Assembly (NCBI GenBank): GCA_964590415.1
Contig: CAZPVQ010000005.1
Location: forward strand, 26,334 to 90,333
DNA: 64,000 bases
Direction: 5' to 3'
From: an uncultured Methanoregula sp.
GTDB taxonomy: Archaea; Halobacteriota; Methanomicrobia; Methanomicrobiales; Methanospirillaceae
Each line of letters opens with the position of its first letter. Position 1 is the stretch's first letter. The notes below the pieces were generated by a model. The model saw only the letters and a list, made by a program, of their open reading frames with translations, made no database searches and had not been told where the DNA came from. This document shows positions 56,303-64,000 of this stretch, piece by piece. Made by a program: the position numbers and the translations under genes.

Positions 56303-57376
56303 ATGAACAAGATCGAGAGAAAAAAACTTTTCTCACCTGATATTGAACCAATGCGGACTGCGGAAGGCAGGTGGTTCGAAGCAATTGTCTATGAGATGTT
56401 TCTGGATATCTCAAAAAAATCAAGTCAGATAAAATACCTTGCACGTAAAGGGGCAGATGCACCCCGGAAACGGGAAGATGTTAAACTTGGACAGAACGGT
56501 CTATTTTATTCGAAATATGGCGATATCACGGTCAGGGGAAATGGCCAGGACCTTGCCGAATTTGATATGCTGCTTGTCGATTCGGATAACCATGTTGCGT
56601 TTGCCGAGGTTGTGACATCACCTTCGGATTTAAAAGAGTTTGAACAGGAAATCGCATTCAAGAAACGGCTCATCGGATATCTTTACGACCAGAAGATCAC
56701 GCCATTTCTCCTTGTTTCATCTATAGATCTTTCCAACTATTCTGTTGTTAAAAGGCTTGGAAAGGATAAGACGAATGCAATTATTCATACAACTTCATGT
56801 GAGGAAATAAAATCAATTCTCAAACATTATCGCCCTCGTATTCTGTATAACAACCCGGAAAATCACCCAAACCTGATTCCAGCAACAGATTTCCCGATGA
56901 AACACCCGTTTGACTACAAGCGTTACCACGACGAAGTGCGGACTCATATCTTCGGTGAGATTGGAAAAGGAGTCGAACGGGAACTACCAAAGATCACCAG
57001 CCAGACCGGGCAGCTTGTTAAAAAAGTTCTCTATGGCGGATTGTTCCCTCAGTCGGTAAAATTACTGTGTGATTCCTACGGTCTGACTGTGAAAGGGAGA
57101 AAAATTGAATATGATGATTTTTTCAGGTTTTATTCCAAGGCAATCATTGCGACTGATCTTCCCAATTATGAACTGATCATCTACCTGCGTTCCCGACAGA
57201 AAAAAGAGTACCATAAAATGATCCAGGCAAAGGATGGGCATTTCAAATTTGAGCGACCAACCCCTTCGAAAGTTGGTTTTTTCCTCTGGCTTGAAGCCAT
57301 CCAGCCGAGTCTTGGAACGCGTATTACTTACCAGCTGCTGGAATCATTCACTATAACACGACAACTCAAGAAATAA
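56303..57376 (+). CDS. Hypothetical protein with a PD-(D/E)XK-like N-terminal domain
   Basis: GRWFEAIVYE..AEFDMLLVD..FAEVVTS pattern (catalytic Lys position is Val); ORF extends to 56228. Confidence 0.65.
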   Translation: MNKIERKKLFSPDIEPMRTAEGRWFEAIVYEMFLDISKKSSQIKYLARKGADAPRKREDVKLGQNGLFYSKYGDITVRGNGQDLAEFDMLLVDSDNHVAFAEVVTSPSDLKEFEQEIAFKKRLIGYLYDQKITPFLLVSSIDLSNYSVVKRLGKDKTNAIIHTTSCEEIKSILKHYRPRILYNNPENHPNLIPATDFPMKHPFDYKRYHDEVRTHIFGEIGKGVERELPKITSQTGQLVKKVLYGGLFPQSVKLLCDSYGLTVKGRKIEYDDFFRFYSKAIIATDLPNYELIIYLRSRQKKEYHKMIQAKDGHFKFERPTPSKVGFFLWLEAIQPSLGTRITYQLLESFTITRQLKK

Positions 57377-57443
57377 ACCAGTGATTTTTTTTAGAGATTT
57401 TCTGACAAGTTCCTAAAAAAATATAATATTTCGTTTACTTTAT

Positions 57444-59033
57444 TCAATCGAGAAGGGCACCCATTGCCTCATCGTACCGTGCACCCATGACATAGTCGAT
57501 GCCGGATACTTCTGCTGCTTCCGGGGTAAGTGCCATTAGGTCTTCACGGCTCATTGTCGAGAGCCGGAAGTTTCTGCTGCCCGCCATGATCTGCTGGAGA
57601 CCGGTCCTGAACTTCTGGGAGTATGTGTAGATACCGACCGCACCCATTGGAATATCCTTCATTCGTGCACCGTACTTCTCCTTGAGCTCTTCATAACAGA
57701 CAAAAATCTCTTCGATATTGTTACCATACTTCGAAACGGTCTTGGGAAGATCGCCTTCTTTGATCCACTTCTCAATATTCTTGCCTACCATGCCGGGGAT
57801 CATGAGTCCTCTGCCCATACAGACTGCCTTGAAATAGGGGCTACCCATGGCGAGTGCCTTGAATACACCAGGTTCATCGGAGAAACCACCTGCCATCGCA
57901 AGGTCCGGAATCCGGTAGCCTTTCTTGTCCAGCTTGCCGGCGAATTCATTAGCAAGTGATTGCAGGTAGAACGTAGGAATACCCCATTCGTTCATCATCG
58001 GCCACGGGCTCATACCAGTCCCGCCCGGTGCACCATCAATGGTGAGGAGGTCAATCTTTGCCTCTGAACTGTACCGGAGGGCCATTGCCAGTTCAACCAT
58101 GGAGTACGCGCCAGTTTTTAAGGTGACCCGTTTGAAACCGATATCACGCAGCCGGTCTACCTCTTCAAGGAAACCCTCTTTGGTGACAAAACCGAGCCGT
58201 GAGTGGCGTTCGAATTCCTTAATCGCACCTGCTTTGAAAGCCATCTGGTTCTCTTTCAGTGTCGGATCGGGTAGTACAATATAACCTCGTTTTTTGAGCT
58301 CGATTGCGCGTTCAAGCGACTTGACTTTGATCTCGCCTCCAATGCACTTGGCACCCTGGCCCCACTTAAGTTCAATCGTATCCAGGTTGTGTTTGCTCGC
58401 GACATACTCCGCGGTTCCAAGCCGGGTGTCTTCCACATTCATCTGGACGAGCATTTCTCCAAATCCATCGTAAAATTTTTTGTACACATTAATGCGACGA
58501 TCCATCTCGGGAGACTCAACAACTTTACCTTTGGCATCGCGCTTCAGACCGGGATCAATGCCACAGACATTTTCACCACAGACACACGTGATACCGGAGA
58601 TTGCTGCACCGATGGCAAAATGTTCCCAGTTAACCCGTGCTATTTCGGTTGATCCTAAAGCACCGGTGAAAATTGGCAGTTTCATCCGGACTTTTTTGTC
58701 CCATCCGTACTCGGTTTCGGTATCAACGGTTGAGAAGACCGCTGTGTCCGGACCGGCTTCGACACCATCAGGAAGTCCCCATGCACCGACAGCATATCCC
58801 TGAATATTCAGATGGGAATAATCAATAGGGTAGTTCTTGTCAGCACCTGCTGTTATCTCACCGAATGGACCGGGATATAAAACCTCCCTTCCCCGGAACG
58901 TTGATAACCAGATCTCGCAGCTGCCTTTGCATCCATCTAGGCAACGGGTACAGATACCAGAACATGGGGCGACATCCCGTGAACGGTTCACCGTCCCTGT
59001 TGCTTCATTTGCATTTGGTCGTCTAAGATTCAT
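57444..59033 (-). CDS. Stand-alone FMN-binding glutamate-synthase-family protein (second GltB2-like)
   Basis: ELKWGQGAKCIGGE, LKTG, TIDGAPGGTG, MAGG; N-terminal CSGICTRCLDGCKGSC. Confidence 0.85.
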   Translation of the reverse strand: MNLRRPNANEATGTVNRSRDVAPCSGICTRCLDGCKGSCEIWLSTFRGREVLYPGPFGEITAGADKNYPIDYSHLNIQGYAVGAWGLPDGVEAGPDTAVFSTVDTETEYGWDKKVRMKLPIFTGALGSTEIARVNWEHFAIGAAISGITCVCGENVCGIDPGLKRDAKGKVVESPEMDRRINVYKKFYDGFGEMLVQMNVEDTRLGTAEYVASKHNLDTIELKWGQGAKCIGGEIKVKSLERAIELKKRGYIVLPDPTLKENQMAFKAGAIKEFERHSRLGFVTKEGFLEEVDRLRDIGFKRVTLKTGAYSMVELAMALRYSSEAKIDLLTIDGAPGGTGMSPWPMMNEWGIPTFYLQSLANEFAGKLDKKGYRIPDLAMAGGFSDEPGVFKALAMGSPYFKAVCMGRGLMIPGMVGKNIEKWIKEGDLPKTVSKYGNNIEEIFVCYEELKEKYGARMKDIPMGAVGIYTYSQKFRTGLQQIMAGSRNFRLSTMSREDLMALTPEAAEVSGIDYVMGARYDEAMGALLD

Positions 59034-59282
59034 GAATACACTCCATTGGAATAACTGGATGACCTTCGATCTAAACGAAGATATGGTTTGAGCGAAAAAT
59101 CGATCTCAAACTAAATGATTTAAAACTCGTTCAGTAATAAGCGCTTGCTTTCCACCCTCATTTAAACTTTACTGTTTTAAACTGTAATGACCGCATGATT
59201 ATCACACTTTTTCTGGGAAAATTGGATCGAAAGTCAGGAAAATACTAAAAAAATTACCATTTTATAAAAAAAGACCAGAGGG

Positions 59283-60389
59283 TCAAATGACAATTAAATC
59301 GTATGCGCTACTTCCCATGCCTATCTCTTCAGCATACCGTACCTGACGGTATCCATCCGTCTGTGCATGTACACCCGTGAATTTGTCCTCTCCTTGAAGA
59401 TGATGGGTGGTAAGAAGCGAATCGGTAAACCCTGTTTGCCGGTTTACGAGGTCATAACTTGCTGCATCGATAGCCACAGGATCCTTTGAAGCGAGTATCC
59501 CGATATCCGGCACGATTGAGGTATCGCTGAACGGGAAACAGTCACAATCCGGTGTTATGCGGATGAGGAAGTTCATATACCCAATCCTTCCTTTTTTCGC
59601 CTGAACCACACCATAGGCATACTCAACCATCCGTTCCATAAATATCGGAATCTCAGTCTCCCAGTCAATATCTATCGCATGTTCCGGGCACACATGCATA
59701 CATTCAAAACACCCGATACACGCAATTCTGTCAATGACGGATTTCGTGTTTATTATCGTAATCGCTGTCTTCGGGCAGACTTCAGCACAGGTTCCACATC
59801 CTGAACACCTATCAGTGATGGTAAACGGGCGTGCATTGTGCTGTGCCCGTTTCCCTTCGGGAGGAGCGCACCCCATGGCAAGATTTTTTATGGCCCCGCC
59901 GAAGCCTGATACGATATGACCCTTGAAATGACTCATCACAATCATACTATCTGAGAGAGCGATGTCTCCAGCGATGGAAACTGAGTTAAAATGTTTTTTT
60001 TCAATTTTTACGCGAGCTACATTCTTTCCAAAGAGCCCGTCTGCAATAATTATCGGTGCCCCGGTTACAGCATAGTCAAATCCGTGCAGAATTGCAGTCG
60101 TGATATGATCCACTGCATTCGAACGACTCCCGAGATACAGGGTGTTGGTATCGGTCAGAAATGGTCCGCTGCCGCATGCTTTTACTTTGTCCACGACCTG
60201 ACGAACATACACCGGACTGATATAACCATCATTTCCCCGCTCACCAAAATGAAGTTTGATAGCGGTTCTATCATTTTTTGTAATAATTTCTGAAAAACCG
60301 GCGCGGTCAAAAAGCCGCTGAATTTTTGCCGTTGTGCTCTCCTGATCGGAATACGCCCGAAGGCTTGCAAAATAAACCGCACTTTTCAT
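59283..60389 (-). CDS. DUF362-domain protein with 2x[4Fe-4S] ferredoxin insert
   Basis: AIKLHFGE, TDTNTLY, SHFKGH..GGAIKNLAMGC, CSGCGTCAEVCP, CIGCFECMHVCP, TPDCDC, SKDPVAID; likely start MKSAVY. Confidence 0.9.
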   Translation of the reverse strand: MKSAVYFASLRAYSDQESTTAKIQRLFDRAGFSEIITKNDRTAIKLHFGERGNDGYISPVYVRQVVDKVKACGSGPFLTDTNTLYLGSRSNAVDHITTAILHGFDYAVTGAPIIIADGLFGKNVARVKIEKKHFNSVSIAGDIALSDSMIVMSHFKGHIVSGFGGAIKNLAMGCAPPEGKRAQHNARPFTITDRCSGCGTCAEVCPKTAITIINTKSVIDRIACIGCFECMHVCPEHAIDIDWETEIPIFMERMVEYAYGVVQAKKGRIGYMNFLIRITPDCDCFPFSDTSIVPDIGILASKDPVAIDAASYDLVNRQTGFTDSLLTTHHLQGEDKFTGVHAQTDGYRQVRYAEEIGMGSSAYDLIVI

Positions 60390-60453
60390 AGCAACAACCT
60401 CAGTCAAAAGAGGATATTTGCAAGTATACAGGTAAAAACTATCGTTGAGAGTT

Positions 60454-61821
60454 TTAGGAAAGGAAATCAAACGACCGGGTTTTTCTCCGGTTCTTTCCCT
60501 GTTTGATTATATCCCTAGACTTGTCGAAATACTGGCGTGACAAGAGTTCTTTTCCCAGTTCCTTGGAACAGATCCCAAGGCAGTTCCATGCCTCTGCATG
60601 GTTCGGGTTCTTCTCGACTATGCGATTGAGGGTCTGAACTGCTGATTCAAGGAGATCCTGTCGTTGTCGCAGTATGCCGATCGTTTTAAGCATCTCTGCA
60701 CGGGAAAACATGAACTCCTCATCATCCGGTGCGAGTTCAACCGCCCTGTCAAAATTCCGAAGTGCCTCAGCGTCTTTTCCCAGCACCCGGTAACATACAC
60801 CTCTGTCGTGCCAGACATTGGCATGCAAGGGGTCGATTTCTATCGATTTGTCAAAATACGGAATCGCTTCAGCATACTTTCCTTCCCAGAAGGAGAGCCG
60901 CATACCTTTCCTGTAGTTGGTTTTTGCCTTCCCCAGTATCTTATCAAACATACCGGCCTTGGAAGAAAGAGGAGTGCCTGGAGACTCTGCGGATTGTTCA
61001 GACAAGGTTACATGTTCCGCTCCCATCTCCTCAGTAACATCTCTCACTCTTCCCATTACACCAATGAAAATACCCTTGCTGTCGTAGAGTGCAGTGGACT
61101 TCATCCATAAAACGGTCTGGCGTCCTTCCTCCGGCGTCGCATTGGTCCACGCAGTGATTGTCCCCTTCTCTTTTTCGATAATGGTGTAGTGATTTTCAAG
61201 GAGAATAGCATCATCCTGAAAAATGAGATCACTGAGCATCGGTGATCTGTGCCCAAAAAAAGGAATCGAATATTCCCAATCTCCCTTGCCAAGCATGTCC
61301 GCCTCTCTGATTCCTGTCATGGCTGCCATTCCCTTGTTCCATACAATCACAGTACCTTCACGATCAATCACAAATGCAGGCTGGTTAAAAAAGTTGAATG
61401 CGTCCGAAAGGATTTTCTGGGTAGTTCCTGGTCCTCTTCCCATGTTTCTTCGGTCAACTGCCTGACGGATCATATGCACCATATCGAGCAGCTGATCCTG
61501 AACATCATCACCTTTTTTTAAGAAAAAATCTGCACCGTAATTGAGCGCTTCGATTGCGGCATATTCCCGGCCAACACCAGTGTAAATGATCAAGGGTGTC
61601 GTATTTCCCTTTGCCCGGATAATCTTTAAAAATTCGATTCCGTTGATATCCGGCAGATCGTAATCAACGACCATCGCATCGTATGTATTGCTTGTCAGGA
61701 GATCCAGTGCTTCCTGTGCGGAAACTGCTGTCTTTACATTCATGTTGCCAAAACGTTCAAGTAAGGGGCGTATAACCTCAAGCAGTGATTTCTGGTCATC
61801 AATAACAAGGACTGAAAGCAT
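60454..61821 (-). CDS. Response regulator: REC - PAS - TPR
   Basis: VIDD, VVDYDLP, YTG, LKKG receiver residues; PAS (VIDREGTVIVWNKG..MLGKG); C-terminal TPRs. Confidence 0.9.
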   Translation of the reverse strand: MLSVLVIDDQKSLLEVIRPLLERFGNMNVKTAVSAQEALDLLTSNTYDAMVVDYDLPDINGIEFLKIIRAKGNTTPLIIYTGVGREYAAIEALNYGADFFLKKGDDVQDQLLDMVHMIRQAVDRRNMGRGPGTTQKILSDAFNFFNQPAFVIDREGTVIVWNKGMAAMTGIREADMLGKGDWEYSIPFFGHRSPMLSDLIFQDDAILLENHYTIIEKEKGTITAWTNATPEEGRQTVLWMKSTALYDSKGIFIGVMGRVRDVTEEMGAEHVTLSEQSAESPGTPLSSKAGMFDKILGKAKTNYRKGMRLSFWEGKYAEAIPYFDKSIEIDPLHANVWHDRGVCYRVLGKDAEALRNFDRAVELAPDDEEFMFSRAEMLKTIGILRQRQDLLESAVQTLNRIVEKNPNHAEAWNCLGICSKELGKELLSRQYFDKSRDIIKQGKNRRKTRSFDFLS

Positions 61822-61870
61822 GCGGTAACCTTACGGGATCAAGGATGCAAAAAAATAAAAAGATTGGTAT

Positions 61871-62359
61871 CTATTCCCGCTTTCCCAAGTGGTGATCAAG
61901 CCAGAAGAGATGGCCGGGTATATCACCCATGCACATTACCTGTCCGAGAATTGCACTTGCATGCTCCTCTTCCTCAACCTGTTCTTTGACAAACCATTGG
62001 AGCATCTCAAAGCTCGCGTGGTCTTTTTCCTTAATGGCAAGATCAACAAGCCCGTTGATCATGGCGGTGACCTTCTGCTCATGGGCATACACTTCTTCGA
62101 ACACTTTGCCGGAAGAGGCCCACTTTGCTTTCGGTGCTTCGATATCAAGGAGACTTACTTTTCCCCCTCGTGCAAGAATATAGTCGTAAATCTTTAAGGC
62201 ATGAGACTGTTCTTCTTTTGCCTGTATTCTCATCCAGTGGGCGAATCCTTTCATATTAACGGATTCGAAATAGGAAGACATTGCAAGATACAGGTATGCC
62301 GAGTAAAACTCACGGTTCACCTGTTTGTTCAGGGCTTGTTCCATGGTCTTGGAAATCAT
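61871..62359 (-). CDS. ftn: Ferritin (non-heme, FtnA type)
   Basis: LNKQVNREFYSAYLY, QAKEEQSHA, HEQKVT, LQWFVKEQVEEE. Confidence 0.96.
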   Translation of the reverse strand: MISKTMEQALNKQVNREFYSAYLYLAMSSYFESVNMKGFAHWMRIQAKEEQSHALKIYDYILARGGKVSLLDIEAPKAKWASSGKVFEEVYAHEQKVTAMINGLVDLAIKEKDHASFEMLQWFVKEQVEEEEHASAILGQVMCMGDIPGHLFWLDHHLGKRE

Positions 62360-62441
62360 TTTTTACCTCCATTTATTCGATAATTAGTTTGTCGTTTATT
62401 AATCCTTTCGTAAAAGGCATGATTTGCCGGAGATTAAGAGA

Positions 62442-63073
62442 TTATTTTTTCTTCCGGGGTCGTATGAACGAATGAAACAGACCGGTGAGGGCATTGGGTT
62501 TTTTCAGGAGGAAAACTCCTTCATAAGCGCATACCGCACATCCTCAAAAAAAAAGAAGGCATGGGGATTTGTTGATTGAAGGTACGTTGATATACGGGGA
62601 ACATCAACACGGTTCACGAGAGATAGAATCAATTTTACATTTCCCCGCGAACCCGTGGCATCAAAGGTGGCAACACCATAATTTTCTGCCTGCATAAAAG
62701 AGACAATTTCTTCAATGGAGTCTTCTGTCGTTACAAAACGCAGAATCACATTCCAATTGAGACTTTCTCCTCAATCACGAGGCCGATATAGGTGCCCATT
62801 GCAAACCTGAAGGCAAATGCCAGAAAGTTAGCGATATTGGGAAGATTCTTCATTACGACATTTATGGCAAGGAGCCATATCACAATCTCAATAAGTGCGA
62901 TGATTGGAGCGAGACTCCTGACACCCTTGGCAATAAAAAATTACCCGGTTCGTATCCATGCTTACATCGCATATCCGGGCGAGAAATATCAGGATCGGCA
63001 GAATCACCCTGGTGTGGATTTCAGGATTGATAAAAAAAACGACAATTTTTCGCCTTGTCCCCCTTTGGTGCAT
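62442..63073 (-). pseudogene. Frameshifted DUF2179/UPF0316-family membrane protein
   Basis: LIFLARICDVS.. continues in another frame as IAKGVRSLAPIIALIEIVIWLLA..GTYIGLVIEEK after an extra T in a T6 run (plus strand 62935-62940); further indels near 62765 and before NEGVF..IRPRKKK* (TAA 62442-62444). Confidence 0.8.
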
Positions 63074-63350
63074 CGGAAGTTTTTTATCGGTTGATCAAGG
63101 TGATTCCTGTACCTCTATCAAGATTCTCTGGAAATGCTAAAAAAAGGTGTAATGGGGCTGAATCCCTTATTACGCGGATAATCCAGCCCGGTTTACTCAT
63201 GCATACTTTTGCGGTTCGGCATCAAATTTCTTTTTGCAGCCGGGAGCGCAGAAGTAATACATTTTACCCTTATATTCGCTGGTGAACTTTGCCGTTTTTT
63301 CATCAACCGTCATTTTGCAGATAGGATCAATCGCCATGCTTTCACCTCAA

Positions 63351-64000
63351 TTATCTCCCTTTCTTTGCCTCGGGTATATACTTTTTGAGTAACAGGGAGA
63401 GGCTTACGACTGTCACTGAACTGAGTGCCATCGCGAGTGCGGCATGTTCCGGTCTGAACATAAAACCAAAGGACGGATAGAGCACCCCTGCCGCGACCGG
63501 GATAAGTGCGACATTATAGGCAAAAGCCCAGAAAATATTCCCTTTGATCCGTCCCATCACTTTTCTGGAGAGCTGGATTGCCGCAACCGAATCAAGCAGG
63601 TCATCCTTGATCAGGACCACATCTGCGCTTTCGATTGCCACGTCAGTGCCGCTGCCGATGGCAATACCCACATCTGCCTGCGCGAGTGCAGGAGCATCAT
63701 TGATGCCGTCACCAACAAATGCCACGATCTCGCCTTTTTCCTGAAGTGTTTTTACTTCTGCAGCCTTGTCCTGCGGGAGCACTTGTGCAACCACCCGCTC
63801 AATCCCGATCTGGCGGGCTATGGCATCCGCGGTACGTTTGTTGTCGCCGGTAATCATAACAACATGAACTCCCATCACCTGGAGCTGCAGTACAGATTCC
63901 CGGCTTGTTTCCTTAAGGGTATCCGCTATCGCGATCACCCCCGCCATAGCTGTGCCGGCAGCAATAAGAATTGCCGTTTTACCATCCTGCTCAAGGGCTG
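63351..64000 (-). CDS. copA: Cu(+)-exporting P1B-1 ATPase, 3' part (runs off the window)
   Basis: MITGDN, VLPQDKA, GDGINDAPALAQAD, TM7 FAYN and TM8 MALSS Cu(+)-type signatures. Confidence 0.92.
   Translation of the reverse strand, partial: ALEQDGKTAILIAAGTAMAGVIAIADTLKETSRESVLQLQVMGVHVVMITGDNKRTADAIARQIGIERVVAQVLPQDKAAEVKTLQEKGEIVAFVGDGINDAPALAQADVGIAIGSGTDVAIESADVVLIKDDLLDSVAAIQLSRKVMGRIKGNIFWAFAYNVALIPVAAGVLYPSFGFMFRPEHAALAMALSSVTVVSLSLLLKKYIPEAKKGR

Overview
Chromosomal window from a methanogenic archaeon, most likely Methanomicrobiales (Methanoregula/Methanolinea-like; inferred from gene content). Left to right: DUF2769-like tail, malic enzyme, a three-gene PolB2 operon (RadA-like accessory, small helical protein, polB2), tRNA-Arg(CCG), an AT-rich AsnB-like gene, a coupled divergent-enolase/histidine-phosphatase pair, hypD, a TIM-barrel protein, tRNA-Thr(GGT) preceded by a decayed tRNA-Thr 5' half, a lipoprotein, a membrane-anchored DUF362 protein, DUF4013, a 4587-aa all-TPR giant, a secreted TPR protein, trm-G10, grpE-dnaK-dnaJ, purH, DUF4013, a candidate structured RNA, KTSC, a Phr/HSR1-type regulator with Hsp20, nrdH-nrdD, thpR-cca, a nitrogen-assimilation cluster (split glutamate synthase with FrhB-like subunit, glnA, two amt-glnK pairs, NrpR-type operators, second GltB2-like gene), DUF362-ferredoxin, a REC-PAS-TPR regulator, ferritin, a frameshifted DUF2179-family pseudogene and the 3' end of a Cu(+)-ATPase. 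Best leads: (1) a class III RNR with an intact catalytic core but no Zn-ribbon/glycyl-radical domain; (2) an enolase paralog lacking the general-acid loop, coupled to a His-phosphatase; (3) a Glu-His versus twin-His Amt pair whose leaders share an 18-nt hairpin; (4) 7/8/15-repeat periodicity with Cys pairs in the giant TPR. No CRISPR array, integrase, transposase or rRNA was seen. All family calls come from motif recognition, not database searches.
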